A DNA stretch of 64,000 nucleotides, from contig NC_043011.1 in the NCBI RefSeq assembly GCF_006345805.1, forward strand, positions 32,872,464 to 32,936,463. Direction: 5' to 3'. Positions 39,337 through 52,657 of the stretch are shown piece by piece. Source of the DNA: Octopus sinensis. Lineage: Eukaryota. The notes below the pieces were generated by a model. It searched no databases, was not told where the DNA came from, and saw only the letters and a program-made list of their open reading frames with translations. The translations under genes were made by a program, and so were the position numbers. Numbering within the stretch: the stretch's first letter is position 1; each line of letters begins with the position of its first letter.

Positions 39337-41760
39337 TTAAGCAACAGACAGTTTCTACAAGAATCAACGACTGGGAGAGCCATTATTACAGTAAATATAA
39401 AGGTAGTGAGTTGATAGAGTTGTTGGCATACAGGACATAATGCTCTGAGTTCAAATTCTGCTGAGGTTGACTTTGCTTTTCAGCCTTTCAGGGTCAATGA
39501 AATAAGTGTAATTGACTAGCCTACTGCCCTTAAAATTTCAAGCTTGGTGCCTGTCGTAGGAAAAATTGTTACAATAAATATAACAAAGTGAGAAAAAAGG
39601 TATAATCATGAGAGTTTGGAGAACTGCACGTAACACAGAATAAAAAAGAAGTTTTCCACTCAATGTTTATGCACAGAACATATATACAAAACATCTTTAT
39701 GACTAAGCTCAAAGCACACAGACTCAATAGGACTCAGGAAGAAATTTGGGTAAAATGAACAATAAATATTGTATCTTTGTCTGCAAAAACGTCTGTTACA
39801 TAAATGTGTAGATGAATGACAGGACTGAATGAAATATTTAGGGCAAGGGTTCATGAAGTGCAACTGTTGTTAGCAAAGAGGAATTGTATAGGTGCATGGC
39901 CTTGTTATTCAGGTATCACACTTGTGACTGTAAGATCATGGCTTTGATTCAAAGAGCAGGCCATGCGGATGTATCATGTTCTTGGGACAATGCACTTCAT
40001 GTCATATTGTTCCAATCCACTCAACTATAAATGTGTGTCTGTCATAGAAACTGTTGGGAAGCTAACTCAGCAATGGCCTGATATCCCATCCAGTCAGTTC
40101 TATGCTGTGGAACCTGAATAAATCACTGGCCTTCTTTGTGAGTCCTGGGGCTCAGGACAGACCTAAAAATAAAATGCATTAATTACACAAAGGCTTGAGG
40201 TGGTGAACTAGCAGAAACATTAGCAAACTGGGTGAAATGCTTTGGGGCATCCAGCTTTACATTTTGAGTTCTGAGTCAATTTTGCTTTCATCTTGTCGGA
40301 GTCAATCAAAATAGTACAGGTTGAGCCAAGGGGTTCAATGCAATCGACTTATCCCTTCCCAGATAATTGCTGGCCTTGTACCAAAATTTGAAATCAATTA
40401 CAGAAAGGCCTATTTTTCACTTTTGCTTTCTGATTTTTGAAAATTACTTCAGCTAAGATGGCTGATTTATGAGATTTTTAGTGGTAGGAGGAACATAAAA
40501 TATAAATATAAACAAAGGTACAGGAGTGGTTGTGTGGTAAGTAGCTTGTGTGGTTCTTCAAAAAACAAAATGAGGTATTAAACCTCTCGTTAATATCATA
40601 ATTTCGTTTATCATTTCATCTCATTAATGTAACGTCCAGCCCGCAGCTACATCTATGTAATGCCCTTGTGGCAAATTATATGAATAAAAGTAGCTTCTGT
40701 GGTAAGTAAAAATAAAAGAAGAAAAACAGGACATTGCCGGCATGTTCCGAAGCTCCATCAGTGGGAATGTGCCACCAACAGCAGAAGCTTTGGCCTCGCC
40801 CCATGTGGAGGAGGAATTTTTGGTCTTCTTCCACAAGGGAGGGGCAGTTCAAAAGTTTGTCAAAGAAGGTCAGAGGGGAGGGGTTCTAACCTGCACTGAG
40901 GATCCTGAATGGCCTCCGCAGATAGCTGTAGAGGTCATTTGGGAGACAGATTTTCACAAGGTGATGGACTCCTTCCCTGAAGACACGTTTTGCTTCCTGC
41001 TAAAGCACCATCGTGGTGCTTGCATGAGGCATTGAGCTTGGTTGGGTATCAGCAGGCAAGAAAATAATAGCAAAAAAAAAGTTAAGAAGTCTTAGTGCCT
41101 CGTGTTGTAAGGGTGTACAACCCATTTTTTAAGAGGCTTAGTGTCTCATTTTTAAGGACTTTGTGTCCAAATGGACAAAGGTAAGAGGTTTATAATCTCA
41201 ATTTGTTTTTAAAAAAATGAACAATGTTTTCGGTAAGCAGCAATTCCCCTCCCAGATTCACACACTTATTTCAGCAGTCCTTCAGTTTGTCCTGTAGTAT
41301 TTATTTATCCACAGCAAACCACAACGTTCAGAATTGGACCCCTAAACCTGCGAGGCTCCTGGACAACTGCCTAATGTGCCCATGCCTGGAGACATTACTG
41401 CTTCACTCATAAGCGCTGAGAAAAACATTTCACCTTTACTTCCAGAACTTCTTCACCATCAGTGATTAATGAACGCCACTAATTCTCTGAGCTGACCTTA
41501 GCCTTGCTGATATCTGTCCACGTTCACATAAACAACACTACCAGTTCAAGATATCTTTCGTTGGTTTGTGTATGCTGAAGTAATCCCTTCACTTGGTCTT
41601 AACTCGACATGGGGAAAATAAAGGGAGAGCACTCTATGTATTACATTAGGGCCGGTGATTCCTTAATGTTCCCACGAATATAAACAACGGTTTCCTAATA
41701 TTCCGATAAGGCTATGGGGACTCACCATTGACAACAACAAAATATTAGAGAAACATACCA

Positions 41761-42373
41761 AGGATCTTTTCCTTTTGAACGGCAGTTTTCAACACAATTT
41801 CTAGTTAACTAAACACTTTAAAACTTCGTATACTGGTAGAATGTGTCAAAATAAAACATTTTTTTCATTTGGCTTTCTTGAGAAAATTGTAATTTGTTTG
41901 TTTAATGTAGTTTAATTTTTCGAATTTTAATATCACTTGCATTGAAGATAATCCTTTTTAGCAAGTTAATTAACTTCACTCTTCACTCGTCGGAAAAAAA
42001 TGTGTGGCCTTGGGCTTAGTTCAGTCCTGCCTAGGTCAACATTGCCTTACATTATTTCGGTGTTGATTAAAATAAAATATTGTCCAAGTACGAGGCTAGG
42101 CATAATCGACTGTACTCTTACACAAAATTTGGAGCCCTGTGTCTATATAACAAGCACGGACAACCGTTTTCGAGAACTGAGCCGCATGAAGATTGGTTAA
42201 AATTGCCAAAAAGCTCGATTTTAAAGTGCAACTATGTTACAACGTATATAATTTTCTTAATAAAGCCAAGAAAATATTATGTTTTACAAACACATTCTAC
42301 CAGTATACGAAGTTTAAGAGTGTTTAGTTAACTAGAAATTGTGTTGACATGCCGTTCAAAAGGAAAAGATCCT
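41761..42373. mobile_element. MITE with long (~130 bp) imperfect terminal inverted repeats
   Basis: AGGATCTTTTCCTTTTGAACGGCA...CTAGTTAACTAAACAC...CTTCGTATACTGGTAGAATGTG is mirrored by CACATTCTACCAGTATACGAAG...GTGTTTAGTTAACTAG...TGCCGTTCAAAAGGAAAAGATCCT. Confidence 0.85.
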
Positions 42374-42689
42374 GTCTCATCATCAGACGAACCACTTTAC
42401 TATAAAAATAAATTTTTAATGACGGTAATTTTCCATTTGGCGCGCAATGCAGAAAGCCTCGCGGACCGCAGGTAGCCTATGACAGCTCCGTAAAAAATCG
42501 ATTACATTACTATAATTATTATCATTTCGCATTAACTGTTTATAGTCTTTATTCATTGTAAGGGAGAGAAGCCTTGTGTCTTCTCTTTATAGATTAATAA
42601 GAAAATATCGTGTTTTTTTTTTTCTATATTAATCGTAAAATATTAAGACAGGAAAAGAAATATGGCGTTTTGTAATTATTCTATCAAAA

Positions 42690-43075
42690 GAGTGCAGGTG
42701 TGGTTGCGTGAAAAGAAGTTTGCTTCCCGACTACATGGTTCCGAGTTCAGTCCTACGGTATGCCACCTGGGGAAAGTGTTCCACGACTATAGCTTCGGGA
42801 CACCCAAAGCCTTGCGATTGGATCTAGTAGACAGAAACTGAAAGAAGCCCATCATGTTTGTGCGTGTGCGTGTGTGTGTGCGTCCTCCACCTCTGCTTAA
42901 CAGCTGGTGTTTGTGTGTTTATGTCCTAATAACTTAGCGGTTCAGCAAAGAGAGAGTGATACAATAGGTACCAGGCTTTAAATCATAAGTACCGGGTTCG
43001 GTTTGTTCGACTAAACACTTCAAGGCAGTGCCTCCAGCATGACCACAGTTTTATGAGTAAAACAAGATGAAAGAT
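42690..43075 (+). mobile_element. Family B SINE, diverged (partial copy also at ~43380-43605)
   Basis: GAGTTCAGTCC B-box, GAAACTGAAAGAAGCCC, AACTTAGCGGTTC, CTCCAGCATGACCACAG tail. Confidence 0.78.
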
Positions 43076-43167
43076 AAAAATAAAAAATAACAAAAAGAGA
43101 GGACGACAGGCAGTTTACTAGTAAGACTTCTCTCCCTTGCAATCAATAAAGCTCAGCCAGTTTGTAG

Positions 43168-43378
43168 TACAGTGATACCTCACTTTACGAGACACCGGGT
43201 TTACGAGTTTTATTTTTCAAACACAAAATCCGAATTTTGAACGAATTTCAAAAGTTTCTATTACCATAACAAATGCTTCTGCGTGTTACCGAGAAATTTA
43301 TAGAGAGTGAAAGAAGCTTCTAAGCGAACAACTCCAGACTTTTTTTGTTAAAGAAATCTACAAGTCCGTCTACGAGTA
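43168..43378 (+). mobile_element. pogo/Tigger-like DNA transposon relic
   Basis: TA followed by CAGTGATACCTCACTTTACGAG, a Tigger-like terminus. A short stretch YREIYRE*KKL resembles pogo-family C-termini. Confidence 0.45.
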
Positions 43379-43608
43379 CATATGTATGTATCTATATATC
43401 TGTGTTTGTGTCTATGATTGTCCCCCAACTACTGCTTGACAACTGGTGAGTTTATGACCCCCATAACTTAGCGGTTTGGCAAAATAGACTGAAAGAGTAA
43501 GTACCAAGTTTTAAAACAATAAGTACTCAGTTCAATATATTTGATTAAAATTTCAAGGCCATGCCCCAGCATGGCCACAGTCTAATGACTGTAACAAGCA
43601 AAAAGAAG

Positions 43609-44531
43609 TTTCAAAGTTTCAATGGAATTGAACCCAACGCTCCGATCACCACTGGTATCACTTTTACATTACCCTCTCGTATTCCTTACAGTCTTGCCAT
43701 TTCCTCTTTCAATACGGAGTACTTGGTGATTTTTTCAACCTCTTTATTCACAACATTCCTGTCATTGGGTATGGCTACATCAATGATCTGACAGTATTTG
43801 TCTGTCATATTCAATATGCCAATATCCAGCTGATGGGGTTTGATTACATGATCCATCTGAAAATCAAAGTCCTAGAGTATCCTCCTGCATAACTTTACTT
43901 GGTACATGCTCATATCAGTTCTCTGTTACTTCATATTGGTATTTATGGTATAAGAACCAATGAAGATACACGCACACTTTATCATGGCAGCATTTGTATT
44001 CTTTTTGTGCAAGGCTCTCACATCCACTTACCAAGTGGGTCACGTTTTCCACACTCTTTCCACAGAGCCTGCATTTCTGGATGTTAGAAATTTTATAGAT
44101 GTTATTATACTTCACTGAATTGGTAGCTAGAGCCTGGTCTTATGCAGCAATGATCAGGCTTTTGATGGTACGCTTCAAATCACCTCACTCAAGCCATGCC
44201 CACGATGCTGTATTATCCTTAACATCTTGCATATTCCTTTCAAACTGTCCATGCATTCTCATCTCAAGAAGGTCTTCTTTCCTCTTCTCCTCAGCTCTTT
44301 GGTTAAACTCTTCCTTGCCCATCATTTCATCTGCATTTATACCCATATCTTCCGCAGCATATTGCAGCAGGTCTTCATCACTATTTATCAAATACTCGGC
44401 AAGCATTCTCCTTTCACTCCTTATACAATAGTCTATACTAATTAGTCCTCGGCCACAATTTTTCTTTTCATATACGGTCTGTTTACATTTGCTTTAGGGC
44501 ACCCCATGTGGCATCATCAAGTCTCTCATCC
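43609..44531 (-). mobile_element. R4/Dong-like non-LTR retrotransposon fragment (zinc knuckle plus restriction-like endonuclease), decayed
   Basis: Minus strand HGQFER...WAWL, CRLCGKSVENVTHLVSGC (CCHC), HDKV, IDVAIPND...EKITKY...IPVVIGALGSIP. Abuts (TAA)n. Confidence 0.85.
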
Positions 44532-44543
44532 TTATTATTATTA

Positions 44544-45026
44544 TATGTTTGACTTTTGCTTTTTATTTGTACAAATTGGCTCCAAGTCTCACCCAGAGAC
44601 CTCAAGAGACAACAAGTTAGAAGTTCATGTTGGTGTTATGCCCAGGGTGTCATACATTTGGCCTTGCACATAATATTGTTCTAGAGAATGTTCAAGAAAA
44701 CATAAGAAAATCATAAGTTTGTTTTAAAATTTTAGATTGCATAGACAGTATTTTACGTAGAATATGGGCAGTTCCCATGAGCACTATCTTTTGAATTTCT
44801 ACCATTTTGGGGTTTCCTGGTATCTGAGCTAGGTAGAAAACAGCCCCATTTTCTATCATTCCTAGGGTACCTATGACAACAGATGTTTTAGTCTTGAGGT
44901 TCCACATTTTGCTAATTTCTATTTCAAGATCTTTATATTTGCTCAGTTTTTGGTAGGTCTTGATAGATACATTTATGTCAATTGGGACAGTCATATCAAT
45001 GAGGAGGCATGATTTTTGTCTTTCAA
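44544..45026 (-). mobile_element. Second R4/Dong-like LINE 3' end (endonuclease domain plus 3' UTR)
   Basis: CLLIDMTVPIDINVSIKTYQKLSKYKDLEIEISKMW...VVIGTLG...IQKIVLMGTAHILRKILS; flanked by (TAA)n. Confidence 0.87.
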
Positions 45027-45096
45027 TATAATGTATTATTTTTATTATTGTTGTTATTATTAACATTATTATTATTATTATTATTATTATTATAAG

Positions 45097-45263
45097 CGTA
45101 GGAGTGGCTGTGTGGTAAGTAGCTTGCTTACCAACCACATGGTTCTGGGTTCAGTCCCACTGTGTGGCACCTTGGGCAAGTGTCTTCTGCTATAGCCTCG
45201 GGCCGACCAAAGCCATGTGAATAGATTTGATAGACGGTAACTGAAAGAAGCCCGTTGTATATA

Positions 45264-45306
<43 letters not shown>

Positions 45307-45522
45307 TTGTGTGTCTGTGTTTGTCCCCCTCAACATCACTTGACAACTGATGCTGGTGTATTTATGTCCCCGTAACTTAGCAGTTCGGCAAAAGAGACTA
45401 GGCAAAAGAGACTAGAAATAAGTACTAGGCTTACAAAGAAAAAGTCCTGGGGTCGATTTGCTCGACTAAAGGTGGTGCTCCAGCATGGCCACAGTAAAAT
45501 GACTGAAACAAGCAAAAGAGTA
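45097..45522 (+). mobile_element. Full-length family B SINE (tRNA head, CORE-like segment, internal (TG)n)
   Basis: GGAGTGGCTGTGTGGTAAG A-box, GGGTTCAGTCCC B-box, CCTTGGGCAAGT, tail GACTGAAACAAG. Confidence 0.88.
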
Positions 45523-46967
45523 TGAAGGCATTGAGATGACAGGATCATTTGTGTGCTGGGCAAAATGCTTAGTACCATTTCTTCTAGCTTTTTATGTTTC
45601 AAGTTCAAATTCCTCTGAGGCTCACTTTATCTTTTTTTTCCTTTTGGGATCAACAAAATAAGTACCAGCTGAGCACTGGGGTTGATGGCCTCAATTAAAG
45701 ACCATCCTACTAAAATTGCTAACCTTGAACCAAAACTGCCTGCGTCAGTTGTTGACTGCCATGACACTGCATCCTTTAAGGCCCTCATGCTTTCCGAAAT
45801 CTGCCGAAACTACACCTGATTATATATACACTTTAGATGAGTTGTAGTGCACCTGAGCACTGTACACAATTATTATTATTATTATTAAAATTTGAAACAA
45901 AGGTGATGAACTGGCAGAATCATTAGGCGTGTCAAACAAAATACTTATTGGGGTTTTTTTCTGACATTTCATGTCCTGAGTTCAAATCCTGCTGAGGTCA
46001 AGTTGGATGACATATTGGAGAGGAAAGATTGGGTGAAGTGGTTAGTGCAGAATGATTGTCAAAAAGGAGTGTTCTGTATATTGGAAATGCCTGAGTGGTG
46101 ATAAAGAGAATGAAACAGCTTTCTGTGTCAATAAAATAAAAATAGAATCACTTTTAATGTTGGCAGTCCTTCTAATATCTTTCGACAGACAACCAAAGTT
46201 ATGTTTATCTAGGAAAGAGAGAACAATGGAAAAAGATTTAATATTTGGATTGTTTAATGGTAGTAATCAAGCAGAAAATAGTTGGACGATATATAGAGGA
46301 CCACAATGTTTAAAAGTATTGGTGCTCTAGTGTTCTGGCAACTGCTAGATAAACATAATTTTTTTAATGTTACAGATTTTTATAATGGGCAATAAAATAT
46401 TTGACTGGTACTTAGTTTATTTTGTTGCCCATCAAATACTGAAGTCAGTTGTATTTGACTGGTACTTATTTTATTATACTTCAGAACAATAAAAGGTTAA
46501 CATGCAGTTTGCTGTCATAAAAAAGTGAATGTAAATTGTTCTAAAAAAAATGAAAGTAAATATGATAGAAACCAGAAGTGATGCCAGTGATGTATCAAAT
46601 TTTCATAATAGGAATATAAAGAATTCTCTCATTACATCCACTGACACCAAGAATTTTAGTACATTTTAGTAATGTTATGGAACTAAGAAACGGCCGCTGT
46701 GGAACACCATTCAAATGCATGAAACCCAGCAACAATCTCTACTGAGAAGGTGATTCAGTGGCTTGTATGTTGACACATGATAACCAACACAGTTACACAT
46801 GAGCGATGTAATAATCCTGCATGATTAATGAGCTATACCGAAAGAACTGACGGGGACACATGGTGTTGTTCCAGTTGATTTACTCAGACTATATGAGCCA
46901 ATTCCATTTTTGAGAAGAACCATTTGACTCTATATAATAATAATTATTATTATTATAAATAATTGTA

Positions 46968-46998
<31 letters not shown>

Positions 46999-47028
46999 GT
47001 AATAGTAATAATAATAATAATAATAATA

Positions 47029-47991
47029 CTGATGCAGTTCCAGGCAGTGGCTCTCATGGCTTTTGATCTTAACTGATTGGAAGTGTTATCATGTACATTG
47101 TTTTGTCTTGGTATAAAAGATGGGCTACAGCAAATTTTCTGCTCAATACCACAGATTTGCTTGTCAGTTGTTTGACCTTAACTAGTTGAGCATGTCCCTT
47201 GGTGGCTGACGATATGTGCATCTCTGATCACGAGCAGAAGTAGTGGGGGAGCATCATAGCCATGTGTTGAGAGGGATTCTTTGGGGTTTGAATAATTCAC
47301 CTCTGGAAACATGGGTGGTTCTTTCAACATCCTTAAACAACCCTTATTCAGGGACCTTTTGAGTGGGATGGGCTACTCAACCTGAAGAAAATTCTAAGTG
47401 GGCCCCACCTGCAAGATCATGCGCTGTTTATCTTGATATGAGATCACCATGTCGCGCACATATGGTTGTGATGCATGTGCCTGGTGTACCCTTATCAGAT
47501 GGGTAGTCATGATGAGTATATTGGGCTTCGTATATTTTACCCCAGTGTCACTTTGATGGCATGAACTGCTCTCTCACTCAATAATAATAATAATAATAAT
47601 AGTCAAGACAAATAGCGCGATTCGATTGTAAGATATTTTATTAGTTGAACGATATTTCAACAGTATGTCTGTCTTTGTCAAGTTCAAAACAAGAAATGAT
47701 AAAAATTCAAAATTACAGAAATGAATGAGAGCAGCCAGCGTCCACATGTTGATGGAATGAACGTGTGGATGCTGCTCTTGTTCATTTCTGTTAATTTTGA
47801 ATTTTTATCTTACATATCCAATGTAATGAGCATACATCTCGTTCATTTCTGTAATTTTGAATTTTATCACTTCTTATTTTGAACTTGACAAAGACAGACG
47901 TACTAATAAAATATCTATTACAATCGATTAGCAATCTTCGTCTTGACTGTTTACCTTTGTGAAGAGTTACGTCAATCCTTTTCTAAAATAC

Positions 47992-48042
<51 letters not shown>

Positions 48043-49003
48043 GATGCAGTTCCAGGCAGTGGCTCTCATGGCTTTTGATCTTAACTGATTGGAAGTGTTA
48101 TCATGTACATTGTTTTGTCTTGGTATAAAAGATGGGCTACAGCAAATTTTCTGCTCAATACCACAGATTTGCTTGTCAGTTGTTTGACCTTAACTAGTTG
48201 AGCATGTCCCTTGGTGGCTGACGATATGTGCATCTCTGATCACGAGCAGAAGTAGTGGGGGAGCATCATAGCCATGTGTTGAGAGGGATTCTTTGGGGTT
48301 TGAATAATTCACCTCTGGAAACATGGGTGGTTCTTTCAACATCCTTAAACAACCCTTATTCAGGGACCTTTTGAGTGGGATGGGCTACTCAACCTGAAGA
48401 AAATTCTAAGTGGGCCCCACCTGCAAGATCATGCGCTGTTTATCTTGATATGAGATCACCATGTCGCGCACATATGGTTGTGATGCATGTGCCTGGTGTA
48501 CCCTTATCAGATGGGTAGTCATGATGAGTATATTGGGCTTCGTATATTTTACCCCAGTGTCACTTTGATGGCATGAACTGCTCTCTCACTCAATAATAAT
48601 AATAATAATAATAGTCAAGACAAATAGCGCGATTCGATTGTAAGATATTTTATTAGTTGAACGATATTTCAACAGTATGTCTGTCTTTGTCAAGTTCAAA
48701 ACAAGAAATGATAAAAATTCAAAATTACAGAAATGAATGAGAGCAGCCAGCGTCCACATGTTGATGGAATGAACGTGTGGATGCTGCTCTTGTTCATTTC
48801 TGTTAATTTTGAATTTTTATCTTACATATCCAATGTAATGAGCATACATCTCGTTCATTTCTGTAATTTTGAATTTTATCACTTCTTATTTTGAACTTGA
48901 CAAAGACAGACGTACTAATAAAATATCTATTACAATCGATTAGCAATCTTCGTCTTGACTGTTTACCTTTGTGAAGAGTTACGTCAATCCTTTTCTAAAA
49001 TAC
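47029..49003 (+). repeat. Tandem duplication with a 1012-bp period and junctions in (TAA)n
   Basis: 47029-47991 = 48041-49003; no differences seen by eye. Confidence 0.93.
47601..47948. mobile_element. Fold-back (inverted pLTR-like) element with a decayed hammerhead; second copy at 48613-48960
   Basis: AGTCAAGAC...GTCTTGACT arms of ~150 bp. Minus strand 47645-47687 reads TTGAAC-TTGACAA-A-GACAG-ACATA-CTGTT-GAAA-TA-TC-GTTCAA (6-bp stem I; core has 2 mismatches to CUGACGA). Confidence 0.7.
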
Positions 49004-49042
<39 letters not shown>

Positions 49043-49044
<2 letters not shown>

Positions 49045-49697
49045 GGAAACAATAGACCATCTCATCTCAAGATGTCCTGTGCTGACACCAAACGGATATA
49101 AAAATTGCCATGATAGGATAGGATAGTATTTACATTGGAAAATATATAAACACTACAAAATCAGCACTCCTAATTACTGGTACAAACATCATCTTGAGTC
49201 AGTCATTGAAGATATAAATGTCACTATCCTCTAGCATTTTCCAGTCAACACTGACAAAACAATCTAGGCTAATTGACCAGACATAATTATTAAAGACAAG
49301 GAAGAAAATATTTGTACACTAATAGACGTAAGTGTTCCTACTGATAAAAATATATCTGTCAAGGAATTTGACAAACTAAGTAAATATAAGGACCTGGAAA
49401 TTGAAATGCAAAAGATATGGCATCATAAAACGACGACTGTTCCTGTTAAAAGGGTTGTCAGAAACATGTAGATAAGATCTCAGGAGAACCATGTCTCAGA
49501 GAAATCCAAAAGATTGTGCTGACAAGTACTGCTCACATCCTTAGAAAAACCCTATCCATTTAAATGTCTGTGTTGTATGAAGATATTTCACTACCTCCCC
49601 ACCCCAAACTTTCAGTCACATTGTAACATCTCTTATCCTTCACTCGCCCCAGGGCACTGGGTGTGTGACTGTAACAAGGATGCAGATTAAAAGTAAA
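49043..49697 (+). mobile_element. Third R4/Dong-like LINE 3' fragment, pseudogenized
   Basis: ETIDHLISRCPVL...HDRIG*YLHW...PDIIIKDKEENICTLIDVSVPTDKNISVKEFDKLSKYKDLEIEMQKIW; lies between (TAA)n tracts. Confidence 0.87.
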
Positions 49698-49884
49698 AAT
49701 AATAATGATAATGATAATAATAATTATAATAATAACAATGATGATGATGATGATGATGATGACGATGACTATGACGACGATGATGATGATGATAATAATA
49801 ATAATAATAATAATAATAATATAATAATAATAATAATTCAACTAATGTGCATGTAGGTAAGAGGCTATTTGCAGAATGAAAGAA

Positions 49885-50205
49885 GAGGCTTAGTGGTTAG
49901 CACATCAGGCTCACAATCATGAGATAGTGAGTTCAATTCCTGGACCAGGGTTTTGTGTTGTCTTTCTTGAGCAAGACACTTCATTTCATGTTGCTCCAGT
50001 TGGTTCAGCTGTAGAAACAAGTTGCGATGTGACTAGTGCTAAACTGTATCGGCCTTTGCCTTGGATAACAATGATGGCATGAAGAGGGGAGGCTGGTATA
50101 CATGGGCAACTGCTGGTCTTCCATAGACAACTTTACTTGAACTTGTACCTCGAAGGGTAACTTTCTAGGTGCAATCCTTTGCTCATTCATGACCAAAGGA
50201 GGTCC
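49885..50205 (+). mobile_element. tRNA-derived SINE, family D (related diverged copies at ~34935-35200 and ~39890-40165)
   Basis: TAGTGGTTAG A-box, GAGTTCAATTCC B-box, CTTGAGCAAGACACTT. Confidence 0.7.
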
Positions 50206-50952
50206 TTAACATTTATATATGTATGTATGTATATGTAACAAATAGCTTCCTAGATTCTTGGCCAAGATTCCAAACTGAATTTAGATATTTTCTACCACTT
50301 CTTTTCCTATAGTTCTCGGCTTTTGCACTTGGAAATCTATGAAAATCAACTGTCTCACTTTGTTAAGTTCTACAGTGTAAGTGAACACCCTTGGGTTAAA
50401 TACAATTTAACATAGATAAGCCACTTTGCTTCTTTTTGTTCTCCAGCCTTCATCAAGCTTTGCAACATGTAGAAGTACAGAATACAGAAAATTTGCTCTC
50501 TCTCTTTATTCACTTGATGCTTAGCCAAAGAACACCTCTATTTCTCCCTTCACCTTATGGATTGCTGTAAGGCCAGTAGACAACTTTCATCCTCTCTTCT
50601 GGTCAGCACAGAGAAGTAAATTCTTTTACTCTTTCTCTCTCTCTCTCTCTCTTTCTTTCACTTGTTCTCCTAGCAGTCAACAAAAGATGAACTCAGCTAC
50701 CTACAGAATGGATAACAGAACAGCAAACAGTATCTGAGTATAACAACAATTCAAAGAAGTGGTGTCTTACATTGTAACTATGAAAATAAATGTCCATTAC
50801 AACTATTATTTCCCTTCCTCTCCTTATTTGCTACATATAATAGGTACACTCAATGACCCCCAGCTCTAGAACTGCATGCTTTCTCTATAAAATGCTGCAT
50901 AAAACATTATATACATACATACATACATACATACATACATACATACATACAT

Positions 50953-51003
<51 letters not shown>

Positions 51004-51026
51004 TGCATATATACATATATATGTAT

Positions 51027-51441
51027 ACTCTTTCTCTTATACTTGTTTCAGTCATTTGACTGTGGCCAGGCTGGAGCACCACCTTTAGTCAAGCAAATCG
51101 ACCCCAGGACTTATTCTTTGTAAGACTAGTACTTATTCTATCAGCCTCTTTTACCGAACCACTAAGTTACAGGGACATAAACACTCTAGCATCGGTTGTC
51201 AAGCGATGTTGGGGGGACAAACACAGACACACAAACAAATACACACACACATATATATATATACATATACATATATACAACGGGCTTCTTTCAGTTTCCG
51301 TCTACCAAATCCACTCACAAGGCTTTGGTCGTCCTGAGGCTATAGTAGAAGACACTTGCCCAAGGTGCCACACAGTGGGAATGAACCCGGAACCATGTGG
51401 TTGGTAAGCAAACTACTTACCACACAGCCACTCCTACGCCT
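51027..51441 (-). mobile_element. Full-length family B SINE
   Basis: Reverse complement of 45097-45522. Confidence 0.9.
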
Positions 51442-52429
51442 ATGTATATGGTGTGTGTGTGTGTCTATGTGTGTATGCTTGTGTCTCCTTGTCTTCACAA
51501 CAGGTGAAAGCTGTCCAATGTGTGTTACTATCATACAACCAGTGCCATTATAACTTCCACTTCTAATATTCTGTGGGAACATGTCTGGCCATGAGAGAAA
51601 TATTACCTTGTTGGAAACAAGGAAGGGTTGATGGTAGGAAGGGCAGCCGACCAGAGAAATATCTGCCTTCGTAAATTCTGTCCAATCCATGTAAGCAAAG
51701 AAAAGTAGACACTAAATTGTTGTTGAAGATAATGACGATGATGATGATGATGACGATGATGATGATGACAACACCGATCACCTGATAATAATAACAATGT
51801 AGGTGTAGTGTATTTCAAGGTTTGTCAGGTATGACGTATTCCTGGCGACAGACAGATAATAAAATCTACCGGATTTGCGCAGGTGATTTGCTACAATGCA
51901 AATTATAGTGACGAAAATGTGAAAATGTAGGGATAGTGAGAGTGGGAGAGAAGATGAAGAGCTGGAGAGAGAAAGAGAGACAGAGAGAGAGGGATAGTTG
52001 GAGACAGCGGAGTGGGAGAGAGAGATCTTTAATTTCTTTTTACATTCACTTGACAATCATTGTATGTATTTGTTTATTCACCATGGGAAAAAATTTCACA
52101 GCTGGAAACTTCCCTGTGACAACCAGTAAACTGTGAAATAAGGAGGGCACCTGTTTGTGTCACACAACGAAACATATTATGTTCAGTTCGTTTTCTTTTT
52201 TTTTTTATTATTATTATTGGTTTCCATCAAGTAACAAGATTACACAGTTTGGACAGTTTGTCCTACCGTGGACAACCTGGGTGGTTAATGTCATGTTTAA
52301 AATCTTTTTACTTTGGAAGGTCTAACATGCAAGTTATGACCTTATTGGTTACAGTAACTTGTCACTGCAGCGATGGTATCTCTCGGTTATATTACAGTAT
52401 AATACAATCTACTTTTAAAATTTATAAAC

Positions 52430-52613
52430 AGGCATAGGAGTGGCTGTGTGGTAAGTAGCTTGCCGGCCAATCAGGTTCAGTCCCACTGTGTGGCACCTTG
52501 GACAAGTGTCTTCTACTATAGCCTTGGGCCGACCAAAGCCTTGTGAGTGGATTTCGTAGATGGAAACTGAAAAGAAGACCGTTGTATATATGTATGTGTA
52601 TATATAAATATAT

Positions 52614-52657
<44 letters not shown>

